A program made the position numbers and the translations under genes. The notes under the pieces are model-generated. The model ran no database searches, was not told the DNA's origin, and saw nothing but the letters and a program-made list of their open reading frames with translations. DNA of 64,000 nt from positions 1 to 64,000 of IMG/VR virus record IMGVR_UViG_3300042934_000822; one strand, given 5' to 3'. Source of the stretch: a virus. This document shows, piece after piece, positions 44,901 to 54,644 of the stretch. Each line of letters starts with the position of its first letter. Position 1 is the stretch's first letter.

Positions 44901-47900
44901 GTGTTGGCGTTCAACGACTGGCCGTAGGTGCCCGAGGTCAGCAGGGTGTTGAGGTCGACATTCGAACCCAGTGCCGTCGGTGAACTCGATACGTTGATCG
45001 AGCTGATGCCGAACCCTACGGACGCCAGAGCCGCTAACACGTCGTCGGACGTGGCCACACGGGCCCAGTTCTTCCATTTGCCTGAGGCCTGGCCACGGTA
45101 GTAGGTCGTGTTGGTATCACGATCCATCATGTACTGGCCCTGGGAGGCATCGCCCGCTTTGATATGGATGATCAAAGGGCTGTACACGTCGCAGGTGGTC
45201 GCGCCGCTCGGCCAGGTGCCCGGGGTGGTCGAGCGGGTGGCGGTATAGAACCCAGTGGCGCTCAGGTCATCGATGCTCTTGTCGACCAGATTGATGGTCG
45301 TCGTGCCCAGGCCAAAGTCACCAACCTTGAGCATGCGCCCGGCAGTCGTATCGTCCCGAGAAGTCGTTTTCTCCAGGTTGTCGCTGGTCCAGGACTGGGT
45401 CCAGTTGCCCCACTTGCCGCCTGTGTACCGGCGCTGCCAGTAGGCGCCACCCTGCAGCAGCTGCTGCTGAATGGTGTCCTTGTTCCAGGTGGAGACGATG
45501 AGCATGGCGCCATGGCCTGCACCTGCCGGCGTGTTGGTCGCCGGATCCTGCACGCGGTAGAACCCTGTCAGCACCGCCTCATTCACGTCGGTGATCACCG
45601 GTGCCAGCACAGACGTGCCGGTGCCCAGGCCGAAGTCACCGGTGCGCAACATGCGGCCGCTGGTGCTGTCGAGCGAGTTCTCCGTCTTGATCAGGTTCCG
45701 GTCGGTCCAGGACTCGGTCCAGTCGGACCAGGCCGTATCAGCGGCCGTGCCGGTGTAGGTCCGGTTCCAGACGCGCGGCACGCCGTCCGTGGAATAGAAC
45801 GTCTGCATGACCCGCCCGAACGATCCGGCGAAGTTGTTGCGGCCGTTGACCACCAGCACACCATAGCTGGCAGGCTTTTTACCGGCAGTGTTGGCGCCGA
45901 TCGCATACCAGCCGTTGGCCAGGCTCTGGTCGTCAATGTTGGCCTCGTAGGCCATGGTCTTGGCGCCGAGCCCGAAGTCGCCCACCTTGACGATCTCGGT
46001 CCACGCACTCCAGACGCCCGTCGCTCCAACCTTCTTGCGGATCCACAGGTCTGCGGTGGCAATGCCAGCTATCGAGGCGTACTGAACCACGCTGTTGTTG
46101 TATGCCTGGACCAGAAGCCAGACCGGAGTATTGGCGACCGGGCTGTTCTTGTAGGTGGTGTCGAGCCGGTAAAAGCCGGCAACGGTCGCGTCATTGGCGT
46201 CTGTTACCGACAGCTGCGCGCCCAGGCCGTAGTCACCTACGCGTACCAGCCGGCCGGCGGTGGTATCGGTCGTGCTCAGAGCCTTCTGAGCGTTCTGGCC
46301 GGTCCAGACCTCGACCCAGTCAGACCACGACGACGTCGAGGCCTTGTAGGCCCGCTTCCACTCACGCGGGAAACCGGCGTCGGTCTCGATGAATGTCTGG
46401 GTGATACGTGCTGAGGCGCCTGTCTGGTTCTTGCGGCCAACGACCTGCAGGATGCCCCACGTATTCGGCTTGCTGCCCGTCGTCTGGCTGTTGACGGCAT
46501 AGGTGCCGTTGGGGAGAGCCACATCATCCACGTTGTTGACGATGTTGTTGGTCGCCAGGTCGAGCGAGCCGGTACCGAAGTCGCCTACCTGCAGCATGCG
46601 GCCCAGGGTGCTATCGCTGTTGTTGGCAGTCTTGACCAGGTTGTTGCCGTTCCACAGCTCGACCCATGGCGTCCAGATCCTGGCCCCGGTGGTGCCGTTG
46701 CAAGCACGCTGGAACATGCGTGGCGAGCTTTGCGGCATGAAAATCTGCTGGACCCAGTTCTTGGCGTTGGCCATCACGATGACCTTGCCAGCACCCGTAC
46801 CAGGCGGGACGTTGGCGGCCTTGTTCGAGGCCATGTAGAAGCCAGTGGCGTTCAGGGCATCGAGGTCAGTTGTAACGTCGACAAGGTCAGTGGCGCCAAG
46901 GCCAAAGTCGCCTACACGCAAGACACGGCCGATCGTCGTGTCACTCTCCGACGTGGTCAACGTGGCCAGCGCGGCATCGCCCAGTTCCAGAGCCGTCCGA
47001 GCGCTCTCAGCGGTCTTGCCGATCACCAGCTGGTTGCCGTCGTGGAAAAGCTCCACCGAGGCCCATTCGTTCTTGAGCTTGCGGCGCAGCCACATGCGGT
47101 TGCTGACGTGGCTGGTTACCAGCTGCGACGCGGAATCTGTGGTGTCGCCCGTCAGGTGGACAACCTCGCCAGACTCACCGTTGGCCGGTCGGCCGACAGT
47201 CGAAGGCCCCCAGCCATAGCTGCCACTGGCGGTCAGCGTGTTGATGTTGGCGGTGGCGTTCAGCACCGTGGCGCCGGCGCCGAACGAACCAGGAATCAGG
47301 AGGGTGCCCGGCGTGGTGTCGTACAGCGAGGCCTGGATGCGGGCGCTGATGCCCTCGTGCAGGCGCAACGGACTCACCCAGCGATCCGCCGCGGTGGTGT
47401 TCTTGTCTTTCACCTGAGCTGCGGTGGAGGCGAAGTCCTGGTACTCGCGCTTGGTGTAGGTATCAGCCACCGCGAAGGTGCTGAGCGCCACGATGGTGAC
47501 TACCGTCCCGACGACGATGCCGGCGGCGCTGGCGGCGGTCAGGGTCACGTTCTGCCCATCAGCTGCGGTAAAGCCGTTCTGGGGCAGTTTGCTCCCGCCA
47601 ACGAACACCATCACGCTACCCGGCGTGTACACGCCTTTGAAGGCGGTCTGCTTGGCCGTCGTCGCGGCCGTCGGGTACTCGATGTAGAACTGGCCACCGC
47701 CCACGCCGCCGTTGAGCTGGAAGCGCGTGCCGTCGTAGATCACGTCGTAGACGGAGTCAGCCTTGAGGTCGCTGGGGATCAGGGCGTTGCCGCCACTCTT
47801 GACCACCTGCTTGACGCCCAGGCCGTTGATGTTGATCGTCACGGCGCCTGTGTTGCCGTAGGAGGCCTTGAACCGGAACTGCTGCCCCGGGCGGTAGGCA

Positions 47901-48505
47901 TTCAGGACGATCTCACTGGACATGGTCAGCAAGATGGCATTGGCTGAGCCACCAACGGTTTCAGCCCACAGGTCGGCCTGGGCGTCTGGGAACAGGGAGT
48001 GCTTGACGTAGTCGGGGTGGGCGTTGGATGCCCCTTCATGGGCCGCGAGTGCCGCCAGGGCCTCGCTTTCCTTGGGATCGATCTGGACGGTGATGGTGGC
48101 GGCCGGTACCGAGGACAGCACCAGGTCGTTGAAGTGAACGGCAGCAACGCCATCGGTCTTGACGAAGGCCGGCTTGCCGGCGGCCGTCGACCACACGAAC
48201 ACCAAGATGTTGTTGGACCAGTAACCGATCTCGGTGATGGGGATGCCGTTCTCGCCACCGCCGATATTCTCGCGCCAGGCGGCCAGCATGCGCAGCTGGG
48301 TAGGCGTGGGCCGAGTGCCGCCCGCCAACGTTACCTTGGCGCTCACAGGCGTCTTGAGCGCCACCTCTTTGCCGGTTGGGGCGTACTTGCCGGTACCGAA
48401 CGATACGTGCGTCAGGTTCAGCGATACGCCTTGATTCGAGCTGGAAAGAGCCAGCTCCTGCCCCGCTGCTGTGAGCGTGGGATTTACGATTACCGGATCA
48501 GCCAT
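41918..48505 (-). CDS. Long tail fibre (2195 aa) with ~10-12 knob-like repeats and C-terminal collar domain
   Basis: N-terminal T.AG baseplate anchor; recurring GRxLxVGDFGLG; PAGYL.RDGSAVSRT.Y..LF..IG..FG.GDGSTTFNLPD. Confidence 0.9.
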   Translation of the reverse strand: MADPVIVNPTLTAAGQELALSSSNQGVSLNLTHVSFGTGKYAPTGKEVALKTPVSAKVTLAGGTRPTPTQLRMLAAWRENIGGGENGIPITEIGYWSNNILVFVWSTAAGKPAFVKTDGVAAVHFNDLVLSSVPAATITVQIDPKESEALAALAAHEGASNAHPDYVKHSLFPDAQADLWAETVGGSANAILLTMSSEIVLNAYRPGQQFRFKASYGNTGAVTININGLGVKQVVKSGGNALIPSDLKADSVYDVIYDGTRFQLNGGVGGGQFYIEYPTAATTAKQTAFKGVYTPGSVMVFVGGSKLPQNGFTAADGQNVTLTAASAAGIVVGTVVTIVALSTFAVADTYTKREYQDFASTAAQVKDKNTTAADRWVSPLRLHEGISARIQASLYDTTPGTLLIPGSFGAGATVLNATANINTLTASGSYGWGPSTVGRPANGESGEVVHLTGDTTDSASQLVTSHVSNRMWLRRKLKNEWASVELFHDGNQLVIGKTAESARTALELGDAALATLTTSESDTTIGRVLRVGDFGLGATDLVDVTTDLDALNATGFYMASNKAANVPPGTGAGKVIVMANAKNWVQQIFMPQSSPRMFQRACNGTTGARIWTPWVELWNGNNLVKTANNSDSTLGRMLQVGDFGTGSLDLATNNIVNNVDDVALPNGTYAVNSQTTGSKPNTWGILQVVGRKNQTGASARITQTFIETDAGFPREWKRAYKASTSSWSDWVEVWTGQNAQKALSTTDTTAGRLVRVGDYGLGAQLSVTDANDATVAGFYRLDTTYKNSPVANTPVWLLVQAYNNSVVQYASIAGIATADLWIRKKVGATGVWSAWTEIVKVGDFGLGAKTMAYEANIDDQSLANGWYAIGANTAGKKPASYGVLVVNGRNNFAGSFGRVMQTFYSTDGVPRVWNRTYTGTAADTAWSDWTESWTDRNLIKTENSLDSTSGRMLRTGDFGLGTGTSVLAPVITDVNEAVLTGFYRVQDPATNTPAGAGHGAMLIVSTWNKDTIQQQLLQGGAYWQRRYTGGKWGNWTQSWTSDNLEKTTSRDDTTAGRMLKVGDFGLGTTTINLVDKSIDDLSATGFYTATRSTTPGTWPSGATTCDVYSPLIIHIKAGDASQGQYMMDRDTNTTYYRGQASGKWKNWARVATSDDVLAALASVGFGISSINVSSSPTALGSNVDLNTLLTSGTYGQSLNANTSFDLNYPVLKAGTLFVQTGGGAITTQIYQEYNTSRIWSRARYNSSWSTWAFSWDSATLIKTDSRTDSTPGRMLQVGDFGLGGNAQPSGNANTISTSGFYYLQGTAANTPVKAFGLLVHANVDATGAAQTFFTTSGGRVFTRSLSTSGWSDWVESWHSGNLEKTASRDDTTAGRMLKVGDFGLGAGAISLEGRSVDDIPASGFYMGVRGKTPGTWPSGATTCDMYSPIIIHVVLDGASQGQYLMDRDGNATWYRGRASSSWKPWKRSATSDEVVDALTAVGMGIKGSANAIPSGSNLNNYVTSGSFGQALNAYASLDLNYPLAKAGTLFVQNGASGITTQMYQEFSNGRMWNRARYNSEWSPWSMCWDTDTLVKTNGDLDSTPGRMLKVGDYGLGILRPQKVAFTSESDWSKPAGWSGFIDLNGTKANGVTIPVSVAGTSPSYGMWQILGRRDAQDGYTGIFSDYGSGRMWIGYQSIGANPIIFKEIFSEISVSSFAQTLLDDNSQAAALQTLGVGTFVNGITTKNVAGNKTVTLSEAEANVGVLWFTGALTGNIDVIVPTGQNRWTVFNRTSGNYTLRLKNSGGVGQYIEQGYQADIVNDGTNLNFGANNFPYAQVNGELIVSSTDGLRLVDTNKKYGTIWRNDGATLYLLLTALGDAFGAWSAKRPLSVSLVSGMLSFSEGANVAAPPARDSSTRVPSSGWVQSEIDYNTRRFTGVGIGASGNYSVSANDTGRWINMTGVGSTATLPSSGSIGNGLVFTFRNQSSGVVKITHSGGTIQQETGVAGSTLNLQYNEWVEIASSGTNYWVIDRGKLEEVVSVSQLGDRVGEVTHFATPTPPAGYLVRDGSAVSRTAYKPLFEKIGTRFGAGDGSTTFNLPDSRGSFDRGFDDGRGLDVDRVFGSTQESANVEHTHRSTAAVNGSHTHTTTLIRERIESGRVASGGNAVMGDEVGDGYQSWTSSASGAHNHVITVYPSGEADGRPHNVAFLPCIKY

Positions 48506-48533
48506 GGTGCCCCCAATTTGTAGATTGGGGGAA

Positions 48534-48575
48534 ATGCTACGGACCGAAAAACGCCCTATTTCCGGGCACTTTGCG
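48534..48575 (-). promoter_or_regulatory. Late promoter CGCAAA-N30-TAGCAT (tail fibre operon)
   Basis: Conserved motif; hairpin in the spacer. Confidence 0.75.
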
Positions 48576-48580
48576 CCGTT

Positions 48581-49192
48581 TTAGCGTCCTGGGCGGATGG
48601 TGGTCGAGAGTCTGGCCACGGTGACCGAACGCCCCGGTAGCGCAACGCTGTAACCCAGCGTGATGGTCTTGGCGATGCGAAGCTCGAGGACGAACTTGGC
48701 TGCTACGGCCGTGCGGCTGGCGCGCAGGATTCGTTCCGGCACGATGGGCGTCTCGATATCCACACGCAGCCGACTGGTCAGGTAGTAGTCATCGAGCTTG
48801 CCGCCGATATCGGCGATCTCGCCCTGGCTCAGGCAATCGGTGGGGTATTTGCCGTCCTTGTGGCACCACAGCTGCGTGATGGTATAGACCGGACCGAACA
48901 GGGTGCTGAGGTACGCGCCCAGGAACGCGGTACCGCGCTGAGGGTTGTTGTAGCGCCAGGCATGGAACAGGTAGCGGATCTGGTCCACCGTCGTCGTGCG
49001 CAGCACCGCCAGCCCGTCGTTGGAGACGTACCGCTCGATGATGCCGATCGAACCCAGGTGCGGCATGCCGTAGAGCGCCAGCTCGTTCACGCTGGGGGCC
49101 ACGCGCTCGCGATACAGCTGCAGGAACAGGGCTTTGAACTCAGCTTCGACGTCGTCAGCAACGGCGCTGCGCTGCAGCGGGATCAGCTCCAT
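48581..49192 (-). CDS. Baseplate wedge protein (gpI-like position)
   Basis: Between the baseplate J-like gene and the fibre; RGTAFL..YL..LF. Confidence 0.6.
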   Translation of the reverse strand: MELIPLQRSAVADDVEAEFKALFLQLYRERVAPSVNELALYGMPHLGSIGIIERYVSNDGLAVLRTTTVDQIRYLFHAWRYNNPQRGTAFLGAYLSTLFGPVYTITQLWCHKDGKYPTDCLSQGEIADIGGKLDDYYLTSRLRVDIETPIVPERILRASRTAVAAKFVLELRIAKTITLGYSVALPGRSVTVARLSTTIRPGR

Positions 49193-50595
49193 TACTCGGC
49201 CTCCTCCGTGACTACCTGCAGGCTGGCTTCGGTGATGTACCGGTGGTGCTCAGGCAGTACCTTGGGGATTTGGTTGGTGATGGAGTTGATCACCAGGTTG
49301 CCGAGCCGTGGGTTGAGCGCCTCCACCTTGTCCCGCAGCAGGTCGTAAATGTCCTTCTCCAGCATCCTGGCCTCGCCGCGCTGGGACCACGCGGACTTTT
49401 TGCCGTATTTGTCGAGCATCAGCGTACGAACCTGCTCTTTCACGGCCGCGCCGTCGTACACCGAGGTGATGTACAGCGTGAGCTTGACCGACACGATCGA
49501 GGGGACGACGTCACGCCGCCGGTAGCGCAGGCTGCTGTCGGCACGGCGGATGATCTCCTCGATGCGTTTGTGCAGGGTGTCGTCGTCCCCGCTGCCCTTG
49601 GTCGCTGCCACGAAAATGGAGTTGATGTTGGCGTAGCTGGGTCCGCGCGCCTCCTCCTCACGGGCTTCATTCCACACGCTGAGGAACATCACCGGAGCCA
49701 CCTTCTTGCGTACCAGGAAGTCGAAGTTGGACTGGAAAACGGCGTTCTCGCCGTAGATGGCCGGGTACGAACCGATCTCGCGCATGGTGTTGATATCCAT
49801 AGGGTCCGCACCCGGCTGGCTGACCTTGGCCAGCTCCATGACCATCTGCGACTCCAGGTTGCCCACGTTGGCGCCAGCGTAGCGGAAGGCAAACTTCATG
49901 CCCTGGGACAGGACGAGTTCGCCCTCGGTGTCCTCGACCCGAATCTTGATGCTCTCGCCAATAGCTGGCTGGTAGCCCGATAGGTTCTGGATGCCGAACT
50001 GCACGCTGATCACGCTGCTGGCGTCGCACTTGATGTTGAACACCTTGTCGCCGGCCAGCGTGTTGGCAAAGTCGTTGGACAGTTCGAAGTCGGTCACCGC
50101 CACGCTGGTGATATGGCCAACCTCGGCCGCCGGGATCTCCACGCTGTAGAACGGCATCGACTTGCTCACAGAGTGCGCCAGCGTGCGGGTTTTGACCTGC
50201 TTGGCGATCATGGTGCCGACCTGGCCAGCCAGCAGCGTGACGCCGCCGGTGACGATCCAATAGCGCCCCTGTTGGTCGATCAGCTCACGGCCGGCAATGA
50301 CCCGCATCGTCGTGTTGGACCCATTGGTCACGGTGATGGTGGCGATCGTTGGCGTGGCAAAAGGAAGGATGCCCTTCACAGCGCCATCGGCGCGCACGGT
50401 GACGTCCCGGGCTTTGGTGAAGGGCTCGGCACCGGTCACGTCGACCTGCGTGCTCAGCATGGCCAACATCGCGGCATCCGACCCGATCATTTGCATGATC
50501 ATGGGGTCGCCGATCGCATAGCGAGCCGCGATCGTTGGGTAGTCCGCAATGGCGTTTACCGCCGCCTGGATGAACTGGTCTTTAGTAACTGCCAC
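49192..50595 (-). CDS. Baseplate wedge protein (J-like / P1 BplA-like)
   Basis: 467 aa; EPF.KARD.TV, GADP, position. Confidence 0.7.
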   Translation of the reverse strand: MAVTKDQFIQAAVNAIADYPTIAARYAIGDPMIMQMIGSDAAMLAMLSTQVDVTGAEPFTKARDVTVRADGAVKGILPFATPTIATITVTNGSNTTMRVIAGRELIDQQGRYWIVTGGVTLLAGQVGTMIAKQVKTRTLAHSVSKSMPFYSVEIPAAEVGHITSVAVTDFELSNDFANTLAGDKVFNIKCDASSVISVQFGIQNLSGYQPAIGESIKIRVEDTEGELVLSQGMKFAFRYAGANVGNLESQMVMELAKVSQPGADPMDINTMREIGSYPAIYGENAVFQSNFDFLVRKKVAPVMFLSVWNEAREEEARGPSYANINSIFVAATKGSGDDDTLHKRIEEIIRRADSSLRYRRRDVVPSIVSVKLTLYITSVYDGAAVKEQVRTLMLDKYGKKSAWSQRGEARMLEKDIYDLLRDKVEALNPRLGNLVINSITNQIPKVLPEHHRYITEASLQVVTEEAE

Positions 50596-50914
50596 GGTCG
50601 ACCTCTCCTACGAGGGAATCAACGCTGATAGAGCTGCCGTTGATGTTGATGAACAGGTTTCGTTGGTCGATGCCGTCGTCGGTGGCTTCCAGGCTGATCG
50701 TGCCGGGCGGCAAGGCCGCCAGAACGGGAATGTCGACCTTCATCTTGGCCAGGAAGGCGTCGGCGATCGGCGAACTGAGCGGCTTTTGCAGCCAATCATC
50801 GAGCGGCGCGCCGTAGGGGGACCCCAGGTAACTTTTGGGCTTCGTCCGCAGCCAGTGGGCGATCATTCGAAACAGCAGGTCCACGTTGAAAACATCATTT
50901 GCCATGTCAGTCAT
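50582..50914 (-). CDS. Baseplate/sheath-initiator protein (gp25-like)
   Basis: HWL.T....YLGS.YG motif; position. Confidence 0.6.
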   Translation of the reverse strand: MTDMANDVFNVDLLFRMIAHWLRTKPKSYLGSPYGAPLDDWLQKPLSSPIADAFLAKMKVDIPVLAALPPGTISLEATDDGIDQRNLFININGSSISVDSLVGEVDRGSY

Positions 50915-50943
50915 AGGCCACCAGAAACGGTTTGTTGACTGAA

Positions 50944-50985
50944 ATGGTGCCAAAGAAAAACCGCCACATTGCGTGGCGGTTTGCG
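50944..50985 (-). promoter_or_regulatory. Late promoter CGCAAA-N30-CACCAT overlapping a terminator
   Basis: AAACCGCCAC-GCAAT-GTGGCGGTTTTT. Confidence 0.7.
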
Positions 50986-50989
50986 TGAC

Positions 50990-53900
50990 TCACAGGCTGC
51001 GAGCAGTGCCGCCCATGCCAATCCCACCCGTTGCAGCGTGCGCGATGGCACGGTCGCTGATGTTCTGGCTCAGCGGCGCCAGGACCTGACCTGCCGGCGC
51101 TGCTGGCGTCTTACTCGGCGCTGGCATCGGCTTGGCCACTTGGGGCGTTGCCGGGATCCGCGCATGCGAGGCATCCGGCGCCGGCGCGCTGTAGCTTGGC
51201 ACCTTGATCGGCGGCACCGCGGCTGGGGCGGAACCACTGACCATGGCTGGCGCACGCGCCTGCACGCTGGCAGGGTTGGCCGCCGGCGTCACAGGCGCCA
51301 GCGATACCGGCGTCATAGGCATCATCCCCAGCGGCATGCTGCTGCCTTTGGCGGCAACCTGCAGCGGCGTTGGCCCTGCCATCACGCCCATCCCGGCGAG
51401 CATCGACCCACCTGGTGCGCCGGTGGTGCTGCCGGCGTTGAGAGCACCAGGCGCGGCAGGAGTGGCTGCCATGGCGCCAGGACTTCCTGGAACGCTGACC
51501 GGGGTCTTTACCAGCGGAGTGGCCAGGGCCTCGAGCGACAGCGCCGCCCCGACCTTGGGCGCAGCGGCGCCGTTCTTCTGGCCGGCCGCTGCGAGAACGC
51601 CGACCGGTCCTGCTGCAGCGCCAGCAGGTTGCCCCTTCACCTTGGCCAGGGTGCTGCCGATCGCGCCCATGGCAGTCTTGGGCGCCGCCACGCGCACGTC
51701 GTCAGCCTTGCGGGTAGGCGTCAGGTCGCCAGCATTGGCCTGGGCCAGGTACCCTTCGTATTTGGCTTCGACGTCGCTCCAGCCATTGGTGCCTCCGTTG
51801 GTACGCCTGCGCGCGCCCTTGATATCCCCCCGTGTTGCAAGCTCGTTGGCGCCGGAATCCTTCCAGTGCTGGACCGCGATCTGTGCCGAGTACCTGGGGT
51901 CGCTGGCCAGCTCGGGGTTGTTGACCAGGTCGATGCCCAGCTTCTGGCCCATCCGCTCGTATTGGTCACGCCCGGTCAGCTGAATGTCGCCACGACCCCT
52001 GTACTTGAACCCATCACCAGGATCCTTGTTGCCCATGCGGCCGCCGTATACGCGATTCGCGATCGCCTCAGGGTTGCCGGCATCGGCCCGGGCGGTCTCG
52101 GCGTCCTTGTAGTACTTGGGGAAGACCTCCTGCAGGCGCTTGGCGCTGTAGTTGAGGTTCTCGCCCTTCGCCTTGAAGCCTCCCGACTCATGGTCCACGT
52201 TGGCCATGAGCGCCGCCTTGGATTTCTCATCGGTGATGCCGCCGGCGTCCATGGCCTTGATCAGCTCATCCTTGCGGGCGTTGGAGCCGCCCGTGTACCG
52301 GCCGCCGCTGATCTTGTACAGCGCGTTCTGCTTGACGTCCTGGATCGAGGCGCGCTTTTCGTTGATGTAGTCGCGTGCGGTATAGGCCTTGTCCTGTACG
52401 GTGTCCTTGGCACTCCTGTAGGTCGATACGACCTTCTCTCTTGCCTCGGTGAACGTCTCGACCAGCTTGTCTTTGACGTTGTAGTAGGCGTCGGCGACCT
52501 TGCCCCACGACTCTTTCGCCCAGTCGGCCATGCCGCTGATCATGCTCGAGCCGGCCGCTACCACGCTGCTCCAACCGTCCTTGACAGCTGTGAACGAGTC
52601 GCTGGCCATCTTGAAGGCGCCATCGGCTACGGTGGTCCAGGCGCTCGAGATATCGGCCATCATACCGGTCATGTCGACCGTGCTCAGCCACTCGCCCACC
52701 GCCGTGCCCAGCTGGTCACCCAGCATGTTGCCGACGATCGCACCAGCAGGGCCGCCAACCATCCCCAGCGCGCCCCCCAATACGCCGCCAGCCAGGCCGC
52801 CCATGGCACCCCAGCGATCGGCCTTCTGTGCACGCTGCTCCTCAGGTGTTGCGTTCGGGTCATCCTTGGCCATAGCTGCTTGCGCAAAGAGGCCGGCACC
52901 GAGCACAGCGCCCAGAACCGGTATCTTGGTCAGTAGCTTCTTGCCCACCTTGCCTGCGCCGCGCGCCGCGCGCGCCGCCTTGGAGGCTCTCGACGGTGCG
53001 CCCGCCTCCTCACCCAGGCCTGCGCGGGTTGCGCGCCCGCTGCCCTCGGCAACGACCTCTGCAGGTGCTGTTCGGCCTGCACGTCGGCTTCGAATGGCAG
53101 CGCGTTTTTCCTTGGCCCTGGCTGCATCTGGACTGCTGGCCGTGCCGGAGCCGGCGCTCGAAGCCGCTGTCCGGCTTGAGGTGCTGCCAGGCCTGGTGCT
53201 GGTGCGCGATTCGAAACGGCCGGTCTCCCGGTTACGGGTGATGTGCCGCGCTTCGGCCGCTCGCCGCCCCCGCCTGTCGATCGCTTGCCGGCGTGCATTC
53301 GCGCCCTGGCCACGCCGGCCTCCATCAGCACCGCGAGTCCCCCGTCGGCCTCGGCCACCACGATCGCCACGGCCACGCAGGCCGCCCAGCCCTTTGGCCA
53401 GCCCACCAAGAGCACCCAACGCCTTGAGCATACCTGTCATGCGGGCAAGCGCGCGCAACGGCGACAGCAGCATCCCCAGCATCGACAGCAGCCCCGTCAG
53501 CACCAGGCCCATGCCACGGCCGCCACTCTTCTTGTTGCCCTCGCGCAATTCGCCCCAGATCCGGCGGTACCAGACTACGGCCTGGCGCTGGCGCTTGTCC
53601 TCAGGCGTGCGCCCCATCCCGAACAGGCGACCGAGCGGCTTCACTGCGCCCACGACTGGCGAGACGATCCCCCCCAGTTCCTTGGCCGCCGTTACTGCAG
53701 GATCGACGTTGTCAGCACCATGGCTCAAGCCATCGGCCACGCTCTTGAGCGACTCGGAGGCCGCCCCCATGGCCTTGGAGGTGCGCGTTTCGCTAGAGCC
53801 TGCGTCTTCCCGGTCCCCCGAACCGAAGCGTCCATCTGCCCCGCGCCGGCGCTGAGCGGAATGCCCCGCCTCTGGGGCTTCCTGGTCGGCGCCAGCACGT

Positions 53901-54643
53901 TCAAACCGCCCTTGGGCATCACGCCGGCGGCCCTGCTCCTCAGCCGCGATGCGCGCCTGGCGCGGGTCAGCGATGATTGGGTCACCAGTGGGCAGGGGCA
54001 CATGCGCGGGCGTACCCGGGGCGGCCGAGGCAAAGCGCCCTTGCTCATCACGCGCCTGGCGATGAGTGGACCCCGAGGTGTCAGGTGCAGCGGCAGAGGT
54101 AGTCGCGGAAGGTGGTGCACCGGGAGCTACTGCAGGCGGTGCTGGTGCTGCACGCGTGTCTTCGCCCGCGCCCGGGTTCTGCGCCAGTGGCCGGCCGCCA
54201 GGCTGGGATGCGGCGCCCGGGGCAGACACTGTCGCTGTAGAGGTAGCTGGCCCCGGGGCAATGGGTGCGACCGAGGCTGGTGCGTGCGCCACGATGATCG
54301 GCTCAATGTCGATCGGCGGCACGTCGACCTGCACTGCAGGCGCAGGGCCTGCCGAGGCCGGCTTCTCGGCAGCGGCACCTGGTAGGGCCGGGGCGATCAT
54401 TGCCAGTCCGGAACGCTCGTCGGGCCCGCGCGGCGGCATCGGCGGCCGGTTGGGCTCCACTGGCTTGAATGCGTTGGCCGAATTGACCGCGTCGACCAGT
54501 CTGCCCAGCTGCTCGACCGTCTCCTCGGTGTTCCCACGGATCTCGCGCAGCAGCGCCAGCTCGCGCGCGATCTTGTCCAGGTCGTCAGTTACCTTGGGGC
54601 CGACCAGGAAGCCCCCGGCGTCATGGTTGAGTTCTCTGGTCAT
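50990..54643 (-). CDS. Tape-measure-like protein with GH19 (chitinase/lysozyme-like) domain
   Basis: TM-like Gly-rich segments, W-periodic helical repeats, HESGGF..ENLNYS...YRGRG.IQLTGR..Y. Confidence 0.8.
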   Translation of the reverse strand: MTRELNHDAGGFLVGPKVTDDLDKIARELALLREIRGNTEETVEQLGRLVDAVNSANAFKPVEPNRPPMPPRGPDERSGLAMIAPALPGAAAEKPASAGPAPAVQVDVPPIDIEPIIVAHAPASVAPIAPGPATSTATVSAPGAASQPGGRPLAQNPGAGEDTRAAPAPPAVAPGAPPSATTSAAAPDTSGSTHRQARDEQGRFASAAPGTPAHVPLPTGDPIIADPRQARIAAEEQGRRRDAQGRFERAGADQEAPEAGHSAQRRRGADGRFGSGDREDAGSSETRTSKAMGAASESLKSVADGLSHGADNVDPAVTAAKELGGIVSPVVGAVKPLGRLFGMGRTPEDKRQRQAVVWYRRIWGELREGNKKSGGRGMGLVLTGLLSMLGMLLSPLRALARMTGMLKALGALGGLAKGLGGLRGRGDRGGRGRRGTRGADGGRRGQGANARRQAIDRRGRRAAEARHITRNRETGRFESRTSTRPGSTSSRTAASSAGSGTASSPDAARAKEKRAAIRSRRAGRTAPAEVVAEGSGRATRAGLGEEAGAPSRASKAARAARGAGKVGKKLLTKIPVLGAVLGAGLFAQAAMAKDDPNATPEEQRAQKADRWGAMGGLAGGVLGGALGMVGGPAGAIVGNMLGDQLGTAVGEWLSTVDMTGMMADISSAWTTVADGAFKMASDSFTAVKDGWSSVVAAGSSMISGMADWAKESWGKVADAYYNVKDKLVETFTEAREKVVSTYRSAKDTVQDKAYTARDYINEKRASIQDVKQNALYKISGGRYTGGSNARKDELIKAMDAGGITDEKSKAALMANVDHESGGFKAKGENLNYSAKRLQEVFPKYYKDAETARADAGNPEAIANRVYGGRMGNKDPGDGFKYRGRGDIQLTGRDQYERMGQKLGIDLVNNPELASDPRYSAQIAVQHWKDSGANELATRGDIKGARRRTNGGTNGWSDVEAKYEGYLAQANAGDLTPTRKADDVRVAAPKTAMGAIGSTLAKVKGQPAGAAAGPVGVLAAAGQKNGAAAPKVGAALSLEALATPLVKTPVSVPGSPGAMAATPAAPGALNAGSTTGAPGGSMLAGMGVMAGPTPLQVAAKGSSMPLGMMPMTPVSLAPVTPAANPASVQARAPAMVSGSAPAAVPPIKVPSYSAPAPDASHARIPATPQVAKPMPAPSKTPAAPAGQVLAPLSQNISDRAIAHAATGGIGMGGTARSL

Positions 54644-54644
54644 G

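Noticed and set aside
41918-48505. Diversity-generating retroelement or invertible segment at the tail fibre
   Set aside because: No reverse transcriptase, no adenine-specific TR/VR pair, no serine invertase or inverted cix-like sites were seen in the window.
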